A stretch of DNA of 64,000 bases, from assembly GCA_963793265.1 (NCBI GenBank), contig CAWBZI010000002.1, positions 192,001-256,000 of the forward strand, read 5' to 3'. The stretch's first letter is position 1; every line of letters starts with the position of its first letter. The notes under the pieces are model-generated. The model was not told where the DNA came from and did no database searches. It worked only from the letters and a program-made list of their open reading frames with translations. Made by a program: the position numbers and the translations under genes. The DNA is from an uncultured cyanobacterium. Lineage in GTDB: Bacteria; Cyanobacteriota; Cyanobacteriia; Phormidesmidales; Phormidesmidaceae. Shown here one piece after another: positions 19,334 to 28,518 of the stretch.

Positions 19334-20575
19334 TTAGCGATAGAGACGGTCTAGTTTTAGTAGCGATCGCAACAAAACATTAGCCCCCCGCGTACATTGC
19401 TCAGGAGAAGTATATTCATCCCCCGAATGACTAATGCCCTCCTTACTCGGCACAAAAATCATTCCCATGTCCGTAAAGCGCCCAATCTCTTGCGCATCGT
19501 GACTCGCCCGACTCGGCAAATGCGTGAAAGAAAGTCCTAGCTCCTCACAGCTTTCAACAATCAGCGCCTGCACATTCACTGCCGCCAGCGTGGGCTCTAC
19601 CTGAAGCTCCGGCTTAATCCGAATGCGCGTCCGCGTCGCCACCGCCACCGTTTCAATTTTCCGGCGCAGTTGATTGAGCATATGGTTAATCACATCTTGA
19701 GAGAGATCGCGCATATCTAAGCTAAATTCAACAGAACCCGGCACGGTGTTAATAGAGTTAGGCCAAACTTGCAGCGTGCCGACCGTCGCGACCGGATCGC
19801 CTGGAAAGTGTTTGGCAATATCTTCTATCGCCAGAATTAAGTGTGCGGCTGTAGTCAAAGCATCTTTACGCATGTTCATCGGCGTAGTCCCAGCATGATT
19901 TGCGCGTCCTTGAATCGTAATTCGGTGCCGCTGCTGGCCAACAATCCCTTCAACCACGCCAATATCAGTTTCAATCGCCTCTAAAACGCCGCCCTGTTCC
20001 ACGTGAAGTTCAACAAAGCAAGCAATGTCTTCGCGAGTACGACGCGCGGTTGCAAGTTTGTCCCAATCGCCGCCTGCCTTAGCTAAACACGTCTGAATCG
20101 GTTCGTCATTGAGGGTTTCATAGCGTTCGGGCTCCTGAGCAGCGGTGCCTGCGATCGCCTTAGAGCCCACCATCGTCCGCTCCTCATCGGCAAAGGCAAT
20201 CACCTCAAAAGGGTGTTGTAGCCTCATGTCATTCTCTTGCAGCACCCGCACCACCTCTAGCCCGGCCATCACCCCCAGCGAGCCATCAAAGCGCCCCCCG
20301 GAAAATACCGTGTCAATATGAGAGCCTGTGGCCAGCGCCCTTGCCTCAGCATCTAACCCCGGATAGCGCCCAATAATATTGCTGCCCGCATCGGTATGCA
20401 CCGTCATGCCTGCCGCCTGCATCCAGTCGCGCAGCTTTTCTCTAGCCGCCAAGTCCGCATCAGAAAACGCCAGTCGCTTGATGGTTTTATCGGGCTGTCT
20501 GCCGATCTGGGCGAGTTCTTCCAGGGTTTGATTGAGGCGATCGCCATTGACCGCGAGCGATAACGTTTGGGGCAT
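19334..20575 (-). CDS. M20 Zn-dependent amidohydrolase (allantoate amidohydrolase / N-carbamoylase / beta-ureidopropionase family); start approximate
   Basis: GSHIDTV, FDG, DEE, ELHVEQG, NHAGTTPM, SHDAQ, GISHS. Confidence 0.88.
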   Translation of the reverse strand: MPQTLSLAVNGDRLNQTLEELAQIGRQPDKTIKRLAFSDADLAAREKLRDWMQAAGMTVHTDAGSNIIGRYPGLDAEARALATGSHIDTVFSGGRFDGSLGVMAGLEVVRVLQENDMRLQHPFEVIAFADEERTMVGSKAIAGTAAQEPERYETLNDEPIQTCLAKAGGDWDKLATARRTREDIACFVELHVEQGGVLEAIETDIGVVEGIVGQQRHRITIQGRANHAGTTPMNMRKDALTTAAHLILAIEDIAKHFPGDPVATVGTLQVWPNSINTVPGSVEFSLDMRDLSQDVINHMLNQLRRKIETVAVATRTRIRIKPELQVEPTLAAVNVQALIVESCEELGLSFTHLPSRASHDAQEIGRFTDMGMIFVPSKEGISHSGDEYTSPEQCTRGANVLLRSLLKLDRLYR

Positions 20576-20847
20576 AAGCATGAGTGCTATAGAGCAAGTA
20601 GTGTAAAAGGAACCTGCCACTGAGCATAGAACAACTCGGTAAAATTATCTGCCCATCTGATCTCCTAGCTACCGTGTCCATATGTCGTATAGGGCGATCT
20701 CAATTTCTACAATAATCAAAATGGTAAGGTACTCAGCCTTTTGGCGATAGTGGTTAGCGATCACGTTGCATTACAGCTTAAAGTAGGAAGTAAGTTTCGT
20801 AGTTGTAGCCTAGCGAGAAATGATTGTCTTTGGTGGAGGTAGTGACA

Positions 20848-21153
20848 GTGAGTGAATTTATATTGGAGCGTGATCGCCTGCAAAATCTGCTAAGAGACTT
20901 TATGAATCAGCACGGAGCTGACTATCATCTACAAAAAATTGGCTTTTTCGGTTCTTACGCTCGCGGACAGGCAACGGCTGACAGTGACGTAGATATTGTG
21001 TTTGCCACTGATAAACCTAACTTAATGACGACTTCTGCGATAAAGCAAGACTTAGAAGCTTTGCTAGGTCGAAAAGTCGATGTGATCCGTTTGCATCAAT
21101 ATCTAAGTCCGGGATTTAGAGCAAGGATAGAAGAAGAGGCCGTTTATGTCTAG
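20848..21153 (+). CDS. Minimal nucleotidyltransferase (MntA-like antitoxin)
   Basis: FGSYARG...SDVDI; LGRKVDV; overlaps HEPN gene. Confidence 0.88.
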   Translation: MSEFILERDRLQNLLRDFMNQHGADYHLQKIGFFGSYARGQATADSDVDIVFATDKPNLMTTSAIKQDLEALLGRKVDVIRLHQYLSPGFRARIEEEAVYV

Positions 21154-21539
21154 TAGCGATATCGTTTTGCTCCGGCAGCGACTACAGGCTGTTCTGACTG
21201 CGCTAGAAAGGATTCCTCAGCGTTTTGAGACCATCTCCGAACCTGATGACTTTGTAAGTACTGACTTCGGCCTAGAAAAGTTAGACAGTATCTGTATGGT
21301 ATTGATTGCCGCAGGCGAAGAATTCAAGCAAATTGATCGCAAAACTGAAGGCAAGCTATTTGCGAAGTACGCTCAAATATCATGGCGAGACGCAATTGGA
21401 TTACGCAATGTACTCGCGCACGCTTATTTTCCAAGTTGACCCAGCCCAGATTTACGGTATCTGTGAGCAAAATGTCCCGGAGCTGATTGAAGCTTTGCAG
21501 CAAATGATTCGCGATCTAAAGCATGATTCTACGCTCTAA
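21146..21539 (+). pseudogene. HEPN/DUF86 (HepT-like) toxin with +1 frameshift near 21430
   Basis: RNVLAHAY (RX4HXY), then the natural C-terminus QVDPAQIYGIC... continues in another frame. Confidence 0.8.
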
Positions 21540-21805
21540 AGGCATTAAGAATCATGCTCAACTAAGAAGGAGGCTCCATAGCAAGTGGAACTATGACCTC
21601 ATATATTATGTAGCTTCTATCGAATTGCTCAAATAACTTTAAGACCTACAATGCTAGATGTAAATATGTCTGACGGTATTAGGAGAGTGGATGCCTATGG
21701 TTTCAACGCTTTTATCGTGGGTCAGTAGGCTCTGCTTCAATAATACACTTGATAAGCTGTTCAAATTCTTCAGCACCTTCCAAAGAGATTGTTTCTGAGT
21801 TATTA

Positions 21806-23089
21806 GGGGATAGCAAACAAATAGATTACCAGTCATAATGAGAGTCCGTCAGGTGAGGGTAGTCAATGCTAGAAGACCGGGTAAAAGTGACGCTGAAGGA
21901 TGCAGCTAAGAAGCTAACGGGTTCAAAGAAGCGTGCGTTTATGGCACAGGTCGCAGCGGACTACTTCGAGAGTTCAGCAAGAAAGGCAGAAACCTATCTG
22001 GGCTGGGGCGAGCAACCGTTCAACTAGGTCTGCATGAACGCCGAGTGGGCGTTGTGTGTCTAGACAATTATCAAGCTAGAGGCGACAAAACAACGGAAGC
22101 AAAACAGCCACAGCTAGAGATAGATATCCGACAATTAGTGGACGGTCAGTCGCAGGCAGACCCGCAACTGAGAACCACGTTTTACTATGCTAGGGTGAGC
22201 GCTCAAGCGGTGAGAGACGCGCTGATAGAAGAGAAAGGCTACACCGACGAGTCACTGCCCTCGCGCCAGACTATCGGCACAATGCTCAACCGGATGGGCT
22301 ACCGCCTAAAAAAACGCAAAAAGTAAAGCCGCATAAGAAAGCGCCTGAAACTGACGCTATCTTTGAGAACGTCGCCTCTGCTCACAAGCTAGCTGATGCG
22401 AACCCTAAAGTACTGCGATTGTCTATCGATACAAAGGCGAAGGTCGCAATTGGCAATCTCTCTAGAGGCGGGAAAGCGAGAGTCCTCGAACCGTTGCAAG
22501 CCGACGACCACGACCATTACCAGCAAGCGACGCTGGTGCCGTTCGGCATTCTTGATGTTTTAGGTCATCAACTCTCTATCTATTTCGGTCAGTCAGCTGA
22601 AACCAGCGACTTCATTGTCGATTGCCTAAGGGCTTGGTGGCAGCGCCATCGAAGTGATTATCCAGGCATCGAAGAATGGGTCATTGACTTGGACAATGGG
22701 CCTGCCATCAACAGTCATCGGACTCAGTTCATCAAGCGGATGGTCGAGCTTGCTCAAAATATACAGCTCAAGATACGCCTAATCTACTATCCGCCTTATC
22801 ACAGCAAATATAATTCAATAGAGCGCGCTGCTGGGCTGCGCTAGAACATTATTGGAATGGCGCTATTCTAGATACCGTTGAGACAGCTCTACAGTGGACG
22901 ACCAATATGAAATGGAATGGCTTTACACCCATTGTAGAGTTAGTCGAAACTGTCTATCCCAAAGGCGTCAAGCTCTCTGCTGCTGAACTAAAGCCCTTCG
23001 CTGAACAATGGCTGCGATCTGAAACTCTGCCCAAATGGGATATCACCATTGTTCCTATTTAGACGGTACCTTATTCTTTTGCTACTCCC
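21806..23089 (+). mobile_element. ISAzo13-family insertion sequence, 1284 bp, TTA target duplication
   Basis: IRL GGGGATAGCAAACAAATAGATTACC vs IRR(rc) GGGAGTAGCAAAAGAATAAGGTACC; TTA at 21803-21805 and 23090-23092. Confidence 0.88.
21866..23062 (+). pseudogene. ISAzo13 DDE transposase with frameshifts (~22007, A7 run 22308-22314, ~22826)
   Basis: SIDTKAKV.IG, DNGP, YYPPYHSKYNSIER, then CWAALEHYW in a shifted frame. Confidence 0.88.
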
Positions 23090-23092
23090 TTA

Positions 23093-23345
23093 TTGCAGCA
23101 GTTGCTGCCGAATGATAGGAAACACTATTGCTGATCGACGAAAGCTAAAAGAAAAACTTGAAATCGCTATTCGAGACATTGAATTTCTGCTAAAAGTAGA
23201 AGAAAGCCACTGCGAACATAACCGACACAATAACAGACCCTCGCGCAAGAATACTGTCCGTGACGAAGTGAGAGAAAGAGAGACGAACCTAGATTTTTCA
23301 GGGCAGTTTACGCCTGGGAGAGTGCGAGCTAACAAGCGGTTTTGA
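23093..23345 (+). pseudogene. 3' part of hypothetical gene interrupted by the IS (5' part ~21691-21805)
   Basis: MIGNTIADRRKLKEKLEIAIRDIEFLL...SGQFTPGRVR; joining across the TSD gives a degraded hydrophobic N-terminus. Confidence 0.45.
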
Positions 23346-23379
23346 TAGCCACCACCGCTGAAGTATCTAGCACGCGAAT

Positions 23380-23529
23380 TCATTTACGGTTAGCCGCCTC
23401 TCGCCGCCGCCAAATCTGAAGGAAAGCCAATCCCATCCCCGATCTATTGCTCATTGTGCCAACCTGCCCCTTACGAAGACTCAGATCAGGCAAATCCTTA
23501 GTCAGAATGACAACATCTAAAAATTCCAC
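23380..23529 (-). pseudogene. DUF4926-like N-terminal fragment fused to an unrelated tail
   Basis: GGAG RBS; VEFLDVVILTKDLPDLSLRKGQVGT then an unrelated sequence. Confidence 0.65.
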
Positions 23530-23547
23530 AACACTGATCTCCTAAAC

Positions 23548-23714
23548 CTAAAGAACATAGCAAGTAATAAGTCGAGGAAAAGTTTCGCCACTATCCCTAA
23601 CACAGCGCGAAAAACAACGGCCTTATGACGGCCTTCGGAATGCTCTTGGTTGAGCGCGTAACCCTCTAACTTTCCTGAGGGTATAGTCGCTTTATCAGGA
23701 TTAGGTAGCTTCAT
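23548..23714 (-). pseudogene. DUF6883-like gene with internal deletion
   Basis: N-terminus MKLPNPDKATIPSGKLEGYALNQEHSEGRHKAVVF joined out of frame to C-terminus RDSGETFPRLITCYVL*. Confidence 0.65.
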
Positions 23715-23732
23715 AAATTAGCGCCTGATATG

Positions 23733-24437
23733 CTAGGCCCGCGGCTTGCGAAACAGCGAACCCTCTGATCTAATCCCCTGAAGCTCCTGAACAACTCTAG
23801 CCTTACTCGCCACCAAATGCTCACGTATCGCCAGCGTTGCTGCTTCGGGTTCGCGCTGCACAATTGCGGTCACAATTCGCTCATGCTCCGCCCAAATTTC
23901 TAATACCTCTGGATTGCTGTAGGTCGTTGTTAGCCGCAGCAGTGCCATCTTACTAAAAATCTGCTCTAGCAGCTCAGCGAGCCAGGGATTGCCCGAACTT
24001 TCGGCCAGTAGCCGGTGAAAGCTCTGGTCAATTTGTAAACGATTCTCTAGCTCATCGGCCTGATCTTGCCGCTCGCCCATAGTTTTCACAGCATCCGCCA
24101 AATTAGCCTGGGCCAGGCAGTCTTGCAAATCCTCAATCTGCCGGGCCGTCGCGTTCTCACAGGCACCAACCACCGCTACCTGTTCCAAGCCCAAGCGACA
24201 GTCGTATAGATGGATTGCATCGGCAATCGTGATGGTTGTAACCCTGATGCCGCTGCCGCGATCGCCCTCTATTAGCCCCTCCTGCTGTAGCTGCCGAATC
24301 GCCTCTCGAATAGGCGTTCTGCTCACCGAAAAGCGATCAGCCAAATTCTGTTCTATCAGGCTCTCGCCAGCGGCAATATTGCCAGATAATATTGCCTGCC
24401 GTAGCGCTAGATACGTTTTGCTAAAAAGCTTGCCCAT
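23733..24437 (-). CDS. GntR-family regulator (FadR/FCD type)
   Basis: wHTH VSRTPIREAI; FCD DQSFH..SGN..EHERI..H. Confidence 0.93.
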   Translation of the reverse strand: MGKLFSKTYLALRQAILSGNIAAGESLIEQNLADRFSVSRTPIREAIRQLQQEGLIEGDRGSGIRVTTITIADAIHLYDCRLGLEQVAVVGACENATARQIEDLQDCLAQANLADAVKTMGERQDQADELENRLQIDQSFHRLLAESSGNPWLAELLEQIFSKMALLRLTTTYSNPEVLEIWAEHERIVTAIVQREPEAATLAIREHLVASKARVVQELQGIRSEGSLFRKPRA

Positions 24438-24536
24438 ATATAAAAGCTAGAAAGTAAACAGCATCAAAAGGTTAGACATGCATAACATTTTAGCCGGGCG
24501 CGATCGCTATTTTGATGCTAATCTGCTCGTATTCCA

Positions 24537-24546
24537 TTGTATACAA
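24537..24546. promoter_or_regulatory. TTGTATACAA operator (site 2), in the GntR-FCD divergent promoter
   Basis: Exact palindrome next to the regulator gene. Confidence 0.65.
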
Positions 24547-24597
24547 ATTAATGGTTAGAAGTTTTACATTTCCAAAGCCGTTCATAGGAATCGCTGC

Positions 24598-25305
24598 GTG
24601 CCTTCTCCTGATATTGCCTACCAGCCGCAACCTGACTCAATCACCAGCAGCCCGGCCTTTTACAGTAGCCTGGTGGTCGAGCATATTGTTGCTAAAAGCA
24701 AAACTGCCGCCTTTGAGAACTGGTATCACACGCTAGCGCAAGCAGCAGCCCGCCATCAGGGCTTTGTTCGATCTGATAAATGCCCGCCTTTGGACTGCGC
24801 GGACGACGTTACTAAGTGGTATACCATTGTTCACTTTGACTCTCCTCAGCATCTGGATGCCTGGATCGGGTCTGAAGAACGTCAGAAAATTTTAAGGCTC
24901 GGACAAAAGTTTATGAGAGCCTATCGATTCAAGTCGTTTACAACAGGCTTGGAAGGATGGTTTTCGCAGCAATCTGCTAGCAGTGAACAGTCTGGCCTCG
25001 GCCCGCCCGCCTGGAAGCAAATTCTATCCGTTGTGTTTGGCCTGTATCCGATTGTGATGCTCAGGCTGAAGCTATTTCCGATGACGGGCATTATTGGCAC
25101 CTGGTCACCTGCGGGCGAGATGCTGCTAACCACGCTAGTGACCTCTTCTATTTTAGGCGTGGTTGTGATGCCGATGGTCACACGAATACTGGGCTTTTGG
25201 CTATATCCAGCCTATCGCCGCTCTGCGGTAAAAACTGACGCTTTGGGTTTAGCTATTATTCTCTTAGGACTGCTTTTTATGACCGCTATATTCGATAGAA
25301 TTTAA
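24598..25305 (+). CDS. ABM-like domain plus transmembrane protein
   Basis: IVHFDSPQHLDAWIGSEER; TGLEGWF; PPAWKQ; TM helices. Confidence 0.8.
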   Translation: MPSPDIAYQPQPDSITSSPAFYSSLVVEHIVAKSKTAAFENWYHTLAQAAARHQGFVRSDKCPPLDCADDVTKWYTIVHFDSPQHLDAWIGSEERQKILRLGQKFMRAYRFKSFTTGLEGWFSQQSASSEQSGLGPPAWKQILSVVFGLYPIVMLRLKLFPMTGIIGTWSPAGEMLLTTLVTSSILGVVVMPMVTRILGFWLYPAYRRSAVKTDALGLAIILLGLLFMTAIFDRI

Positions 25306-26130
25306 GACGTTTAGTGAGAGCTGGCCTAGAAAAAAACGTAGCTGCTGCTGAGTTTGCCAAATGTAGTCTGTTGGATTCCAAAGGCTTTGTAAGCCAAAGT
25401 CGATAAGCTGGGCCGGGACAAGGCGATCGCGTCGTTCTGCCAGCATCATTCGCTCTAGTATCCAAGGGTCGCGAGAATATTCTGGATGACCTGAAAACAC
25501 CAGAATGTGACTACCTAGCATCCAACCTAAGTGTTCGGTGACGCCGCTTGTGCCTAAAGAAACAGCACCCGGTGGCAGTCGAGTCACGCCATCGTTGTGA
25601 TGAACCTGAATGTCGTAGGCATCACGCTCCGTATGAAAATATTCCCGAGCAGCTTTCGTAAGACGAATAGTCACGACAGAAAGTTCGGTGCCGGGTGGGT
25701 TGGGCTCCACCTTGCCGCCTAGTGCCTGCGCTACGATTTGCGGTGCGAAGGAAAAACCTGAGAGCGGAATTTTTTGCTTGTGATAGTCTCTGATGACTTC
25801 ACATAGGCGCAATATCCAGTCGTCTGTGTCGTACGCGCCGCTAGCAGAGCCTGAGATAACAACGCCGTCTAAGCCGTTGAGTTCTGTGGGTGTGGGATAG
25901 TGAAATTTGCGCGGCTCATATTTGATTAGCTCGACATGACTGAGCGCAACGCCGCCTAAATCTGTTGGATCGCTTTGCTGGCAAACCTCTGTAAAGAGCT
26001 GCTGGTGCATATCGTAGAAACCGTCAGGGTAGCGCTCTAACAGCTCGGGAGCCCACCAGCGTAGGTCATCGGTGCCAACGTCAAAGCTGGCGAGGCGAAG
26101 GCTTTTAGAAATAGGCAGTTTAGAGGGCAT
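25264..26130 (-). CDS. Class I glutamine amidotransferase-like (gamma-glutamyl hydrolase-like) protein with Ser at the nucleophile position
   Basis: GVVISGS..AYD..WI; GFSFAPQ..AQALGG; HPE. Confidence 0.82.
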   Translation of the reverse strand: MPSKLPISKSLRLASFDVGTDDLRWWAPELLERYPDGFYDMHQQLFTEVCQQSDPTDLGGVALSHVELIKYEPRKFHYPTPTELNGLDGVVISGSASGAYDTDDWILRLCEVIRDYHKQKIPLSGFSFAPQIVAQALGGKVEPNPPGTELSVVTIRLTKAAREYFHTERDAYDIQVHHNDGVTRLPPGAVSLGTSGVTEHLGWMLGSHILVFSGHPEYSRDPWILERMMLAERRDRLVPAQLIDFGLQSLWNPTDYIWQTQQQLRFFLGQLSLNVLNSIEYSGHKKQS

Positions 26131-26141
26131 AGTTGCAGTTC

Positions 26142-27044
26142 TTACAGCGCTAAAGCATCCTGACAATAGTCTTCTAAGAACGGCGTACGGTAGCCGTTTT
26201 GCTGGCTCCACAGAATAGGGTAGAAACTTTCGTGTAGTTCCAACGTATCCATCAGGCGATAGCGGTCAAAGATATAGCCGTTGCCGTTACCGAATGTTCT
26301 TTTTTGAGGCTTGTATTGAGCTTCGCCTGCTAGCGTTGTGATAGAAAGACTTTGCCTGGTTTTGGTATCACTCAGATTACGGTCTGAGCCATGCCACAGG
26401 TCACCGTGCAGGAAAACAGCGCTGCCGTTTGGAACTGTCAAAGAGAGAATTTCTGGTTTTGCAATGCCTGCTTCGTCTGCTGCTTGCCAGAGGGGGGCGC
26501 GGTAGTCTTCTTCGGGCGCGTGGAGAAAGCGAGCCTTTTCTGCTTTGAGACTGTGGGGAGCGCGGGGCCACTGATGAGAGCCCGCAGCCACCTCCAAGGG
26601 ACTGGTGTCGAGGGTAGCGTGGCTGAGGGCGATCCAACAGGTTGTGGAGACTGGTGGGTCAATGGCCTGAACGTAGGCGTTGTTGCGGTGAAAATATAGC
26701 TCGGGGGCGTTGGGTGGTTTGGCCCAGAAGGTGTCTAGGCCGTAGCGGGCGCTGGCTTGGCCCATAAGGGTGGCGTTAAGGCGGGCGATCGCACTCGAAA
26801 GCGTAAAGCCAGCCAGGGTGCGATCACATCGCCAGAGCCCTGTCATTTGTCGGGTGGCATTCGGCTGGCTAAGGCCGGGGCGACCATACCATTCATCGGG
26901 ATAAATGCCGGTTTCAAACTGGGTGTGAAATAGGCGATCGCACCGCTCAATAATCAGTGAAACCTGTTCTTCATTCAGCAGATTATCAACAACAAGATAG
27001 CCCTGCTTATGGAAGATCTTCTTCTGTTCAGCAGTGATCTTCAT
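26142..27044 (-). CDS. PhyH-family Fe(II)/2OG dioxygenase paralog 1 (HxN variant)
   Basis: FETGIYPDEW; KPP..FHRN; CWIAL; LHGDLWHGS. Confidence 0.85.
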   Translation of the reverse strand: MKITAEQKKIFHKQGYLVVDNLLNEEQVSLIIERCDRLFHTQFETGIYPDEWYGRPGLSQPNATRQMTGLWRCDRTLAGFTLSSAIARLNATLMGQASARYGLDTFWAKPPNAPELYFHRNNAYVQAIDPPVSTTCWIALSHATLDTSPLEVAAGSHQWPRAPHSLKAEKARFLHAPEEDYRAPLWQAADEAGIAKPEILSLTVPNGSAVFLHGDLWHGSDRNLSDTKTRQSLSITTLAGEAQYKPQKRTFGNGNGYIFDRYRLMDTLELHESFYPILWSQQNGYRTPFLEDYCQDALAL

Positions 27045-27931
27045 AGGTCACGATCTAAGAACGGCGTACGATAGCCGTCTTCGCGCCAAACAATCGGGAA
27101 AAAGCTCTCGTCCATGGTGTCGTCGCCATGGCGGCGGTATTTAGCCGCGATGTAGCCGCCGGGAATGTAGGAACCTGCTGATTGAAACTTAGACTCGGCA
27201 GGCACATGAATAATCACCAAACTGCGGCGCACAACGTTTGCGATGTTTTGCCCTGAACCGTGCCAGATGTTGCCATGATGAAAAACGCAGCTTCCGGGAG
27301 AAAGCGTCATCTGCACAACTTCTGGACTTTTAGCGCCCGCCTGCTCGGCAGCAACTTCCATTTGAGAAAGGTAGCTTTTATCTTTATTATGAAACTCTGC
27401 GACGGCTCCTGATCTGGGCCAGGTGTGCGAGCCCGGTACATACTCAATCGTGCTAGCGCCCGGAAAAGCGTTGCTCAAAGCTACCCAGCAGGTCGTTGTT
27501 TCACCAACGGGCGTATGGGCGTTAATGTACATAGAGTCTTGATGCAGCGTAGTTTCTTTGGCATTGTGAGGCTTTTGCCACAGGCCATCGGTGAGCAGCC
27601 TAGCGCCTGACCAGCCTTCTAGAGTCGCGGCGATTTGGCCTGCTTTTTGAGACATCACCATGGCGGCTAGGGTGCGATCACATCGCCATACGCCCGTCAT
27701 TTGCCCGGCCACTTCCGAGCACCCCATATGCGGATTCCAGTGCCACTCATCAGGATAAACGCCCGTCTCAAACTCTCCTGCATACAGCAGATCGAATCGT
27801 TTCAAAAGACTTTCTACTTGCTCGGGTGAGAACAGATTTTCTACTACCAAAAAACCATCTTTTTGAAACTGCGCGATTTGTTCACGAGTCACCAGTGAGG
27901 GCTGTTTCGACAGTAGCGTATGAGTAGACAT
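27041..27931 (-). CDS. PhyH-family Fe(II)/2OG dioxygenase paralog 2 (canonical)
   Basis: HQD; PGSH; FHHGNIWHGSGQN..RRS. Confidence 0.9.
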   Translation of the reverse strand: MSTHTLLSKQPSLVTREQIAQFQKDGFLVVENLFSPEQVESLLKRFDLLYAGEFETGVYPDEWHWNPHMGCSEVAGQMTGVWRCDRTLAAMVMSQKAGQIAATLEGWSGARLLTDGLWQKPHNAKETTLHQDSMYINAHTPVGETTTCWVALSNAFPGASTIEYVPGSHTWPRSGAVAEFHNKDKSYLSQMEVAAEQAGAKSPEVVQMTLSPGSCVFHHGNIWHGSGQNIANVVRRSLVIIHVPAESKFQSAGSYIPGGYIAAKYRRHGDDTMDESFFPIVWREDGYRTPFLDRDL

Positions 27932-27958
27932 CGGATTTTATCTCTTTTATCAAAGTTA

Positions 27959-28429
27959 CTAATAATCGCGCGACCTAGCTTTTCGCGACAGTTGCTTTTT
28001 GTTTATCCGACGACCGCGCCTTTTCGCCTGCGCCTTAGAACGACCTAAAGGCGATAATCCCGCGCTCACTAGCCCTAACAGACCAAAGGGAACCGCCCTT
28101 CTCGAAGCCCCAAGCATATCCGCCTGAGCCGTCTTTTCTGGCCTTTTATCCATACGGGCTGACGGCTTCAAATCAGCCGCAACCAGAGAGAGCAGCCCAA
28201 TAACAATAAACGAACTCAGCCGATCCAGCGATTTATTCATCGTAGAAGGATGAGAATGAATGGTGTAGGTAGAGGCAATAAACCAAATAAATATGCCGAC
28301 AGCGACCAGCAGCGCAATGTTGTTAATAATCGGCGTACTGGCAAAGGTGTAAATGGCTCCTTCCGTTGGCCCGTCAGCGGCGGTATTGAACGCCTCTATG
28401 GTTGAAAATGGACTCGACATAAATTCCAC
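27959..28429 (-). CDS. Small membrane protein downstream of amt
   Basis: GAIYTFA + TM helices, basic tail; AGAGG RBS. Confidence 0.7.
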   Translation of the reverse strand: MEFMSSPFSTIEAFNTAADGPTEGAIYTFASTPIINNIALLVAVGIFIWFIASTYTIHSHPSTMNKSLDRLSSFIVIGLLSLVAADLKPSARMDKRPEKTAQADMLGASRRAVPFGLLGLVSAGLSPLGRSKAQAKRRGRRINKKQLSRKARSRDY

Positions 28430-28483
28430 CTCTTTGCTTGTCTTGTTTGGAGATTGGTCTGTTTCGTAGGTTGTTGCGTCGGA

Positions 28484-28506
28484 GGGCGTAAGCCTTACGC
28501 CCCTAC
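28484..28506. repeat. REP-like hairpin
   Basis: GGGCGTAAG-C-CTTACGCCCCTAC. Confidence 0.5.
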
Positions 28507-28518
28507 GGGTGGACGCGA

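Noticed and set aside
20487..20681. ORF MDTVARRSDGQIILP resembling an AbrB N-terminus
   Set aside because: Resemblance covers only a few residues and the ORF overlaps the M20 gene start
26142..27044. PhyH paralog 1 as a halogenase
   Set aside because: Known Fe/2OG halogenases have Ala or Gly at the carboxylate position, not Asn, and there is no biosynthetic context
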